A DNA stretch of 20,000 nucleotides from Mesotaenium endlicherianum. Its lineage: Eukaryota. Below the pieces are notes generated by a model. It worked only from the letters and a program-made list of their open reading frames with translations, did no database searches and had not been told where the DNA came from. The stretch is from contig WELA01001210.1 in the NCBI GenBank assembly GCA_009602735.1, forward strand, positions 58,978-78,977. Direction: 5' to 3'. The position numbers and the translations under genes were made by a program. Of the stretch, positions 1-9,658 are shown one piece after another (position 1 is the first letter of the stretch; each line of letters starts with the position of its first letter).

Positions 1-1
1 T

Positions 2-967
2 TGCAGCAGTAGGGTGCTCCGGAGGGCTTACCTTTTTCTCAACCACTTCTTCAGGTTGAGGAGGTACCTCTCTTAGCAGCAGACAGAACATTCTGTCTTC
101 CTTCTGGTTCCAGCTTTTGACGAACTCCATTGCATTCAGCAACTTGCATCCTTCTGGAAGCCTCTTCTTTTCCTTCATTTGCCATCCACACAGGACAAGA
201 GGAAGAGCACTGGTGGGTGCCAAGTCAGTCTGCCCATCACTGGCTCCTCTCACTTTAACTGTACCTCTGCTCCAACACACTTCAGCTTGATGTCTATTAA
301 GCCAGGACCTGCCTAGCACGAGATCATAAAAGCCAGTGTTGAGTACCTCAAATGTAAGCGTTTCAGTTAGAACTGCAATGCCAGAACCTAACTGGACCTC
401 AATAGGCTTGGTTATAACTCCTCCCGGGATACTTGAGGCATCTCCAAGGAATATTTTTCTATTCCCTTGGGTGACAGTAGGCAGCCTTAGCCGCTTAACT
501 AAGTCCTTGTGGATAAAAGTATGTGACGCCCCTCCGTCAACAAATGCCCTCACCTTCCTACCTGCAATCATGCAATGCAGTAGGATAGGGGGGACTGTCT
601 TTTCCTGACTTTCGCATTGTTCTCCTGACGTAGCAAAGAAATGTTGGACATCAGGTGGAACAAGAGCATCCAGAGTGTGCACTCTCTGGACGTCTATATT
701 GCTGATGGTCTCCTTTATCTGGTTGTCAGGCATGCATAGTGAATCCAGTTCAGCAGGACCCATAATACCTGCTACGAGGGCAGCTAGTGACGACTCACTA
801 TCTCTAGCATCCTCACAGTCAGTAGACTGGATTACTGACTGTTGCTTTCTTTTGAAGGCTGGTCTTTTCTCTCGACCTTCGGAAGGTGCTTGACTGGACA
901 CTGTTCTTTGTAGTGGCCCAACTGCTGACAATGGTAGCAAGTGGATTTTGCTGAGGCTGGTCTTGGC
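2..967 (-). CDS. pol: Pol N-terminus (aspartic protease), in the -1 frame relative to gag and open to the window edge; absent from the ORF track
   Basis: Manual translation gives 322 codons without a stop, including KVRAFVDGGASHTFI (catalytic Asp at 538-536) and YDLVLGRSWL. Confidence 0.9.
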
Positions 968-1965
968 TTAGTCCTACCACCACCTCTTCCATAGCCGCCT
1001 CGAGAGAAACCACCTCTACCTCTAGATTGGATGGCATTATACTCATACTCATATCCATCACCCTGATCATCCTCAGCCCGGTCTTCTTCAATTGCATTGT
1101 AGGAACCGTGGGGCTTTTTGACAACCTTAGACACCAAAGCATTACTCTGGCGCTTGTGATTGAACTGCTGCTGATCCCAGGCATCAGCATCCTGGATCAA
1201 GTCAGCCAGTTTCTCATACTTTTTTTCAGCAAAATGACCAGAGACCTCGGATTTCAAGCTATACCTGAAGTATGCTATTCTATACCGTTCTGGCAAATCT
1301 GGCTGCTTCATCATGGTCTCTTGGATCTTTTGAGCAAACTCAGCAACCGAAGTGGTCTGCTTCAGTGTCAGGGAGATCATCGCATAGATAGCTTTCTCCT
1401 GCTGGTTGATGACATCAAACTTCTTATGCAACTTCTCGACAAACTCTACCCACGTAGGGTCACCGAGTTGCCGAGCCTTACGCTCTTCCTTCCAGTAAAG
1501 CCACCAGTCTGCGGCACTGCCTTTCAGTAGCACACCGGTGTGCCTGACCTTCTCGTAATCTTGCAGTTCTGGGTAGTTCTCCAGCCACTGCTCAACATCC
1601 GCGAGAAACTTGATCAGGTAATATGTTCTGTTTCCCTCAGGACCATATTCCTGGGGAGGTTTCAACTTGGGCTTACTAGGCCCTCGGCCACCACCACTAG
1701 TGGTTTGAGACCCCAGTTGGTCTCTGTCCCGCAGTAGGGACATTATGATTCTTTTGTCCTCCTGCTGGGACTGATACATGGTCGCCATTTGCGACTGCAT
1801 CTGAACGAACAATGCTCCCAAGTCTACACTCTGGGGTGGTAGATTAGCAAATGCAGCAGCAGCATTGGCCTCTACTCGCTGAGTAGTGTCCTCAACAGTC
1901 CCTCTCGCTCCTGCAGCAGCAATTCCTGCCGCATTCAGCCGGTCACGTATTTGACCTAGGGGTAC
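832..1965 (-). CDS. gag: Retrotransposon Gag, 5' end lost in the gap
   Basis: Contains LLKGSAADWW...TWVEFVEKLHKKF (retrotransposon gag core), an RGG-rich tract and CYHCQQLGHYKEQC (CX2CX4HX4C). Stop at 832-834. Confidence 0.92.
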   Translation of the reverse strand, partial: VPLGQIRDRLNAAGIAAAGARGTVEDTTQRVEANAAAAFANLPPQSVDLGALFVQMQSQMATMYQSQQEDKRIIMSLLRDRDQLGSQTTSGGGRGPSKPKLKPPQEYGPEGNRTYYLIKFLADVEQWLENYPELQDYEKVRHTGVLLKGSAADWWLYWKEERKARQLGDPTWVEFVEKLHKKFDVINQQEKAIYAMISLTLKQTTSVAEFAQKIQETMMKQPDLPERYRIAYFRYSLKSEVSGHFAEKKYEKLADLIQDADAWDQQQFNHKRQSNALVSKVVKKPHGSYNAIEEDRAEDDQGDGYEYEYNAIQSRGRGGFSRGGYGRGGGRTKPRPASAKSTCYHCQQLGHYKEQCPVKHLPKVERKDQPSKESNSQ

Positions 1966-2069
1966 NNNNNNNNNNNNNNNNNNNNNNNNNNNNNNNNNNN
2001 NNNNNNNNNNNNNNNNNNNNNNNNNNNNNNNNNNNNNNNNNNNNNNNNNNNNNNNNNNNNNNNNNNNNN
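1966..2069. other. Assembly gap (104 N)
   Basis: Run of N. Confidence 1.
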
Positions 2070-2614
2070 GCCACTTGACATCCCTATGGTGGATGGCTAT
2101 TCGGGATGATGGGAGATGGCGGTGGATTTGGTTAACCGAGGTCCTACCAACGTGGTTAACTCCCGAGTAGGCGGTGCCATCGCACTGGCCGTTGAACAGC
2201 AAACTCATTCCATGTACATATGCTAGGCATTGCTCTCGAATTCGGGATTCGGAAACGAGGCCAACTCTCTTGTAAAGCTTACCGAGAGAGATCTGAATCC
2301 AAGGCGAGAAGCCATTGATACGCACTGTCTTCTAACCTTGCTTATGTATGAGTTTACTGATTNGAGAGATCTGAATCCAAGGCGAGAAGCCATTGATACG
2401 CACTGTCTTCTAACCTTGCTTATGTATGAGTATACTGATTTGCATTATTGATGCTAGTTTACTCGCATTTGACTTACGAGTATTATTCACTGCTAGTGTG
2501 TTGTCCTTTGCCGTTTAACCAGTTAACGGAAAATACCATAAAGATTACTTGCTGATATGAAGATCTTTATTAATTGTTAATTGCCTATTTGGTAAGTCGA
2601 TTAATTTCACTAAC
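2070..2614 (+). mobile_element. Partial LTR (3' part) of the same gypsy family, plus orientation
   Basis: Aligns by eye to the reverse complement of ~6360-6815. Shared blocks include cgggatgatgggagatgg, ggaaacgaggccaactctct and accttgcttatgtat. Similarity stops at ...taagtcgattaatttcactaac. Confidence 0.8.
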
Positions 2615-2702
2615 TGTTCCAGATGAGAATTAAAACTAAAGATGAGGAAAGGGTCAATAATACCAAAACGCACACGTCTTTACCAATAGATGCCACATTC
2701 AA

Positions 2703-2783
2703 GAAATGAATTGACTTACTTATAAGCAGTTAACACTTAATAAAAGACTTAAATATCAGCAAGTTATCTTTATCGTATTTTCC
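2703..2783 (-). repeat. Terminal ~80 bp of the 3' LTR of copy B
   Basis: The reverse complement ggaaaatacgataaagataacttgctgatat...taagtcaattcatttc matches 2528-2608 and the LTR end at ~6365-6450. Confidence 0.8.
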
Positions 2784-4110
2784 CTCAGAGTGTTCATCAC
2801 TATCTGGTGGTGCTCAACATGCTCAAACTCATTTTAGACAAATTAGGATATTATCAAAATAGACTTGCATAAACTTATCCACCTAAGGTCTGAAAATGTC
2901 ATTCATAGCACGGTGCATCCATGAAGGTAGCAGGAGCATCGGTAAGAATGAAAGGCATCACATTACACTCATAATGTCCAAAGATGGTGCGGTCATCAAT
3001 CTTGTGTTCATTTCCCTCAGCAATTCTGCTTTGATAATAATCACTCTTAAGATCAACCTTACTAAACATTTTAGCTCCAGACAATGTATCAAGCAAATCC
3101 TCAACTCTGGGTGAAGCATATTTGTCTTTAACAGTGATTCTGTTTAATCCACTCACATTCGTATACTGCCATTATTCTTTTTAATATAAAAGATGGATGC
3201 GCCATAAGATGAATCTCCTCTAGTTCCTTAATTTATGTTTATAACTCTTCACTCTCCTTGCCAAGGAGGGTGACTCCCAGGTACCAGATCAATCTTATGA
3301 TCTACCTCTCCCTTAGGTGGCAATCTTGGGGGCATGTTAAAAACATCATCATACTGAGCAACAATTATTCCACCAGTAAGGTGCTGTGAAGGGCTCACCT
3401 GTTTCTCAACCACTTCTTCAGGTTGAGAAGGTACCTCTTTGAGTAGTAGGCTGAACATTTTGTCCTCGTTCTGACAAACTTCGTTGCATTCAGCAACTTA
3501 CATCCTCTTGGAAGTCTTTCCTTCTCCTCCATTTGCCATCCATACAAGACAAGAGGAGACACATTGGTGGGTGCTAAGATAGTTTGCTCAGTGCTGGTCC
3601 CTCTCACCTTAGCTGTATCTTTGCTTCAACACACTTTATTTCTATTCAACCAAGGCCTCCCAAGCACGAGATCATATAAGCCACTGTTTAGTATCGCAAA
3701 TATAAGCATTTTAGTTAGAATTGCAATGCCAGAATCTAACTGGACCTCAATAGGCTCGTTTATAATTCCTCCCAGGATACTTGAGGCATCTCCAAGGAAT
3801 ATTCTTCTATTCCCTTGGATGACAGTAGGCAGCCTTAGCCGCTTAACTAAGTCCTTATGGATGAAAGTATGTGACGCTTCTCTGTCAACAAATACTTTAC
3901 CTTTTTACTTGCAATCATGCAATACAATAGAATAGGAGGGATTGACTCTTCTTGACTCGCATCGTTCTCCTGACTTAGCAAAGAAATGTTGAACATCAAG
4001 TGGAACACGGTCATCCAGAGTGTGCACTCTTTGGAGATCTATATTGCTGCTGGTCTCCTTAATCTGGTTATCATGCATGCATAGTGAATCTAGTTCAGCA
4101 GGGCCCATAT
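2784..4110 (-). pseudogene. pol: Decayed pol (protease plus N-terminal reverse transcriptase) of copy B
   Basis: Recognisable pieces: LPPKGEVDHKIDLVPG, LNRITVKDKY, FSKVDLKSDYYQ, GHYECNVMPF, and VYFDNILI (mutated YxDD). Multiple frameshifts and stops. Confidence 0.9.
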
Positions 4111-4809
4111 TGTAAAGTCATAGGATTGTAGAGTGCATTTTTTGTGGTCATTTTGATACAAAATTCATCGAATTTGGTTAGATATTGAGAAAGTTATGGA
4201 TTTCTAAAGTTTAATTAATTCTAAAGGTTCGTCGACAACTGTCCTTAATTTGCGGTGAGCGCGACTGTCGAATTGACCGACACTGTCGAGCGATCTAGTC
4301 CCTTAGAGTTTATTTGAACTGTCACGTAATTTTGGCTGACGCGGAGTGCCAACCAGGTCGATTTACCTAGAAGTTTTGAATTAGCCTAGCGCGCCTAAGT
4401 TGGTATATTCTAGACATATCGATGCATGCATGTGAAAGTCAAATCGGCCCGACACGTAGGATGAGGCTGATCTCGCCTACTCACGCATATTTTGGAAGGG
4501 ACGATGTGACAAACACTTTGAAATTTTGTTGCTAAGCGGCCCTCCCTCCTAGGGGCGAGCGGTCGTCGTAGAAATTTATAAAGAGGCATAACTTGTTCGT
4601 TTCTCATCAGTTTTCACTTTCTATAGATTTCTACGAGTTTGTAATGCCTTTCATTCTGTTCCATTTGTGAGCACTTTCTTGCTACTCAAAATGTTGAGTA
4701 ATTTTCCTAGGCCTTCTTAGGATATGCCGCTGCACTCTTTAGTATGATTGCAACTTGTTTGGTTCCTCGTGAGTCACTACGCATCCACTAGGGCACTCTG
4801 CCCCTTTCA
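4111..4809 (+). mobile_element. Solo LTR (699 bp) of an unrelated family, nested in copy B
   Basis: Starts TGTAAAG and ends CTTTCA. CATAT is duplicated at 4106-4110 and 4810-4814. Removing the insert restores co-linearity with copy A (~760). Strand is inferred only from a TATAAA at ~4577. Confidence 0.88.
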
Positions 4810-4879
4810 CATATCACCTGCTAAGAAGGCAGCTAGCGATGACTCACTACCTCTAACATCCTCACAGTCAGTAGACTAG

Positions 4880-6331
4880 ATTATTGACGTTACTGTCTTT
4901 TAAAGCTGGTCTTTTCTTTCCACTTTTGGTAGGAATTTCTTAAGACACTGCTCTGTGTAGTGGCCTCTCTCTACGCAGTGGTAGCAAATCCGATTTGCTG
5001 AGGCTGGTCTCGGCTTAGTCCTACCACCACCTCTTCCAGAGCCTCCTCGAGAGTACCTACCTCTCCCTCTAGACTGTATAGCATTGTACTCGTACCCCAA
5101 GTACTCTTGCTCATCCATCTGATCATCCTCATCCTGGTCTCTTCAATGACATTGTAGGAACCATGTGACTTTTTGACAATCTTAGCCACCAGAGCACTAC
5201 ACTGGCGCTTGTGGTTGAACTGCTGCTGATCCCAAGTATAAGTATCTCGGCTCAAAGCAGCCAGCTTCTTATACTTCTTCTCAGCAAAATGACTTGACAC
5301 CTCGGACTTCAAGCCAAACCTGAAGTAAGCTATCATGTACTGCTCTGGCCACGTAGGCTGTTTCATCATGTTCTCTTGAGCATACTCCGCAACTGAATTG
5401 GTGTGCTTCAGTGTCAAGGAGATCATCGCATAGATAGCTTTCTCCTGCTGATTTATGACATCAAACTTCTCATGCAATTGATTAAGAAACTCTTCTCACG
5501 TAGGGTCACCGAGTTGGTTAGATTTTGTTCTTCCTTATAGAAGAGCCACCAGTCCGCTGCGCTGCCTTTCAGCAAAGCAGCGGTGTGCCCGATTTTCTCA
5601 AAATCTTGCATGTCTAGAGAGTTCTCCAGCCACTGCTCAACATCACTAAGAAACTTTATTAAGTAATACATTTTGTTCCCCTCAGGGTCATATTCTTGAG
5701 GTGGCTTTGGCTTTGGCCTGCTAGATCCTCTGCCACCACCAGTAGTGTGAGAACCCACTTGGTCCTTCTCACACAACATTGGCATCATAAGTCTCTTGTC
5801 ATCTTGTTGGGACTGATACATCATAGTCATCTGAGATTGTATTTTAGCAAATAGTGCACCCAAATCAACATAGTGAGGTGGCAATCCAGCCATAGCAGCA
5901 CCAGCAGCATTAGTCGCCCAGCAGCAGCTTCAGCATTTCCTCTTGCTGTTGCATTAGCAATTCTTGCTCCACTCAACTGTCGATCTATCTGATCGAGAGG
6001 TACAGTGGTTGGTTTTGAAGATTGGCCCTTTCTGCCATAATCTCTTCACCGTTTTGTTGTTCACCAGACGTTGCTTTTTGACATCCGCATTCTGCTCCGC
6101 CTTAGCTACTCGTTCAATCTCTATTTTGATGCGTTGCTCTTCAGCCTGCTTGACTGCTATCCCAGCAATGGCTGTTGCCCCTTCTGCAGCTTCTCTATTG
6201 GCTGTATTTGCTAATGCTTCAAAATAAGTGCGAGGTCCAAATACATGACTCTCGGCCTGTCCTTCAATGTTAGCATCATTCTTGCCCTCCATATTTTGAG
6301 AGTTGCTAGTTTGAGACCGCGTCCCTACCAT
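4880..6331 (-). pseudogene. gag: Frameshifted gag of copy B
   Basis: ORF pieces 5954-6331 (MVGTRSQ...), 5453-5893, 4971-5477 and 4900-5118 (CYHCVERGHYTEQC). The last three match copy A Gag. Confidence 0.92.
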
Positions 6332-6359
6332 ACAAAGAAAACTGTGATAAGAGCTCCAA

Positions 6360-7044
6360 TATTACCGAAATGAATCGACTTATCGATAGACAATTAACTA
6401 TTAATAGAAGATCTTCATTATCAACGAGTAATCTTCATGGTGTTTTCTGGTTAACTCTAGCATTGCATTGCTCATAAATCATTACAAGTAAACGAGCATC
6501 AATCATGCAATCAGTAATCTTATACATAAGCAAGGTAAGTCTTTAGAGACAATTCTCGTAATGGCTTCTTGCCTTGGATTCATATATCTTCTCAATCAGC
6601 GGTACAGAGAGTTGGCCTCGTTTCCAAATGCCGAACTCAAAAGCATAACCTACCTATGTACAGGAAATGAGTATACTGTTCAACGGCAAGTGCGATGGCA
6701 TCGCCTACTCGGGACTTAACCACGCCGGTAGGACCTTGGCTAACCAAATCCACAACCATCTCCCATCATCCCGATTCCCGAATGGCCATCCCACCCAGGG
6801 TGTCATCTAGCCACTTATTTAGCATATCACACTTAGATGCATAACTAGGCAGTTCACTGATAACAAGTACGGCAATCAACTGACGTCAAAGAATGTGTCA
6901 GCAAGCTGACCAGTAGAAGACTTCAGCCTGCTGCTCCCAGCTGAGTCATTAAGCTGAATATTACTAACAATCCAGCAGATTTAATATTAACTACAATTTA
7001 GCGGACTAAACTTAATTAACTATTATGCTTAAATAAATACTACA
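6360..7044 (-). repeat. 5' LTR of copy B; the outer boundary TGTAGTA at 7044 is tentative
   Basis: Lies directly upstream of gag, is homologous to 2070-2614, and is followed after 1 nt by TGG (PBS position, 6358). Confidence 0.65.
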
Positions 7045-7105
7045 CTATCAATAATAATTGATTCATTACACCTGGACGCGAGTCCAGCCTTACACACGTG
7101 TTGTC

Positions 7106-7200
7106 TGACAACACATAAGTTCGGTCAATCTTGACTCCTAGCGACGGGTACACGTGTGACAGCGCATAAGCTCGGTCAATCTTGACTCCCAGCGATGGGT
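7106..7200. repeat. Two-copy tandem repeat, period 51 bp
   Basis: tgacaacacataagttcggtcaatcttgactcctagcgacgggt versus tgacagcgcataagctcggtcaatcttgactcccagcgatgggt. Confidence 0.85.
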
Positions 7201-8590
7201 GGGAATTTGTTACGCAGGTCAGCCGTGGGCTGCCTTCGACTAGGCTAGCAAGAGCCACGCCAGCAACTGTCGAATCTCGCAAAACTGAAGCGACATGTCC
7301 CTGAGCCCATGGCCTATTGGTATCGCCTCCACGGTGGCACTGGCACAATATGAGACATGGTTTTGAACCCCACGTGAGCGTAGGCACCGACGAAGAGGTT
7401 ACGCTGTCATGCGCAATGCTTTCACGGCAAAGCGCATATGACATTTAACTTGGTACAAGTTAGTTTAAGCAATAACTTTGAGGTGAGTGCATGCATGTGC
7501 TTGGGTAAGCACGAGCTATGCACACTTTGCCCTCATTCTCGCTTACATTTTCTCGATTATTGAAGGAAGAAGGAAAAAGGAGGAATAGGAAGGAGAAGGC
7601 GCAAAGCTGAAGGAGTTTCCAAGGTCACAATGAGCCCGAGAAGGCAAGCTTTTTCCGACGCTTGTAGATCTTCACTTCCATTCTCTCACGTTTGTACTAT
7701 AAGTTAGAATTGCGGATTTCAAAAAAATGATTCCCTCTTTGAAAAGATAGAATCTGCAGGTTAGACCTGCAAGGTGAACTCAGTGTAGAATTAGGACGAA
7801 CACTACAAGCGTGCGAGAAACACTCGAAATGGTGAATTTTGTGTTAGTTTCTAACTTTTAGAAGTCTTGAATGTTGAATTGCTGTATGCAAGAGCAGTTT
7901 GAGTGAGGAAAATCCTCAGTAAAGAATTGAGAAGTCCAACTTGCAGTGAAGAATTGACAGGCACGGCTAAGAGCGAGAGGCTCGGCCAAAGCAACATAAA
8001 TTTCTGTAAAATCGTGAGTTTAGTAAGCTTGTATCCTTGAAAATAAAGCGAAAGCGCGTGTGTATGGAATCTTTTTCTTAATCAACAACTTTGATGCGAT
8101 TTTGTATACTACAAATATTGTCAACTGTAAACCCATTAACTCAGGCAAAGAGCCAGTTAAGACGTGGATGCGTTTGTCCTTGTAAAAGGATCTGAGCAAC
8201 AGGTTCTTTTTTGCAAGAATTGTTGTTAGTCTTTGGAAGAAGGCCAGAATAAGATCAAAGATTGAAGACTTACCCAAGATTTTGCTTGTGCTAGTTTAGG
8301 ATGACCAGGATGCGGTCAATCAAGTGCACTTTGTCACCAACACACGTGCGTATGCCGGTAATTGGTGATCAACCAGGTTGAAAACTCAGGTGCAAAGGCC
8401 ACCGACAAACTGAACAGGTTGAAGGCAACCTTCACACTTGCATGTGGCATTTACATGGGTAGGCGTGACTGGGTTTTGACACTTGTCACAAGGATTTGTT
8501 ACACCACCTCACACACTACTTGGTCCTAGCTGTCGATTCGCTCGAAGGTGCCCGAAGTCTGACTTCGACAGGGTACGATAATTTCCTTCA

Positions 8591-8618
8591 AAGTAATCTG
8601 AAGTAATCTGAAGTAATC
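8591..8618. repeat. 10-bp tandem repeat (AAGTAATCTG) x ~3
   Basis: Read directly from the sequence. Confidence 0.85.
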
Positions 8619-9163
8619 CTGTCGATTATGGCTGGATTCTGGCATCGTGATGAATTTCGGTGCCTCTCTGGCACTTTCTCAAAATAGTAAGCATGTGATC
8701 CACCACAAAGTTCGCCGACGATATTTGTTCAAGAACAAAGTTTTGTCCCTCTCGGTGCTTTTCTCGTAGCTCGAGTCCGAGTTATACGGAATATTTTCGA
8801 CAATCGGCGAAGACGCTCGGCGATAAATTGGCAGTGATTCAAGTAAAGTGCCAAGTATGCGCAAAGCCAACTTCATGCCCAAAATTAAAGGACTAGAAAA
8901 ATAAGTGCTCATTTGACCTTTGGCCAGACTTGCTGTTTCAATTATCATGCTCCACGCTGCTTGCATGATGCCGAACTGTGAGCAACTGCAGGGCCGATCC
9001 CCGTTTCCGGGCTGGGTAGGAGCTTAAATAAAACATTTTAGGTTGCAAGACCTTGAACCAATACATATATATTCTGAGCAGATGTGTGTGAGTTGCCTTC
9101 CACCGTGAGCACTTCTGCGCTCCAAAACTGTTCGAGCCGTTCTTGATCATAAGCTTCTACGAG

Positions 9164-9658
9164 ATGGGTGCTGCAACAGCTTTGACAGCTTCTTGGACGA
9201 TGTCCTGCTCCTTCACCAAATGTGGTACATTTGCACCAGTCAGTGGCGCTTCTTGTTGTGCCTCACAGGTGAAGAAATTGAGTCCTATACGAACCGGACT
9301 TTCAGGCTTTCTTGGGACCAGAGCAGCCAAGAGGGCTGCACTGACGTCAGGACTTGGAACATTTACTGGACTGGAGGTCGTAGGGGGCCGGGGTTGTCCT
9401 GCAGACATAGCATGCAGGCCGTCAAAGGAGTTTAGCGCTGCAAGTAGTGGGCTTGGGGGACCTTCTCCTAAGTCCATCTCAAAAACTCCAAAAGCTGCTG
9501 CCCAGGAGGTGGCAGCACCTCCTGTAGCGTCAGACGAATCTGAAACGTCGGACTTGGCAGTAGGGGACGATTCAGAGGCGACGATCAAGTGGGCGCAGAA
9601 CTGGTATCCCGTGTCACCCGTCATTGACATGGACCCTGCCGTACCTTATCCCTTTGAG
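9164..9658 (+). CDS. PAO: PAO-like exon 1 (transit peptide to [19 protein letters not shown])
   Basis: First ATG of the 9143 ORF. Donor GAG|gtacat. Confidence 0.85.

Larger units (their letters stand above)
1..1965 (-). mobile_element. Ty3/gypsy LTR retrotransposon copy A, internal region (gag and protease); cut by the window start and by an N gap
   Basis: Uninterrupted gag with a CCHC zinc knuckle, followed by an open pol frame with an aspartic protease motif. Co-linear with copy B (3400-5950). Confidence 0.93.
2696..7044 (-). mobile_element. Ty3/gypsy copy B, degenerate: 5' LTR, gag, protease, partial RT, deletion, terminal piece of the 3' LTR
   Basis: Fragmented ORFs homologous to copy A, RT motifs, and LTR sequence at both ends. 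Outer boundaries are approximate. Confidence 0.85.

Noticed and set aside
336..1737. Plus-strand hydrophobic ORFs (336-608, 675-893, 1027-1530, 1540-1737; also 3564-3935 and 5964-6227)
   Set aside because: They are antisense shadows of gag and pol with no independent motifs.
832..2325. 497-aa ORF as a Gag with a novel N-terminal domain
   Set aside because: It reads through an N gap. The first 85 aa are the antisense translation of the plus-strand LTR.
2286..2440. 77-bp near-perfect tandem duplication
   Set aside because: The copies are separated by a single N and the homologous LTR at ~6510-6590 has one copy. This is typical of overlapping contig ends.
2690..7050. Target-site duplication for copy B
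   Set aside because: The flanks at the inferred ends do not match, so the outer boundaries remain approximate.
7106..7200. CRISPR-like repeat
   Set aside because: Only two adjacent units, no unique spacers, no cas genes, and a eukaryotic context.
8641..8720. Possible C/D box snoRNA (GTGATGA)
   Set aside because: I saw no matching D box with a terminal stem.
7040..9150. Minus-strand ORFs 7040-7444, 8020-8277, 8679-8966 and 8938-9150 as a divergent gene
   Set aside because: No recognisable domains, host-like codon bias or consistent splice structure.
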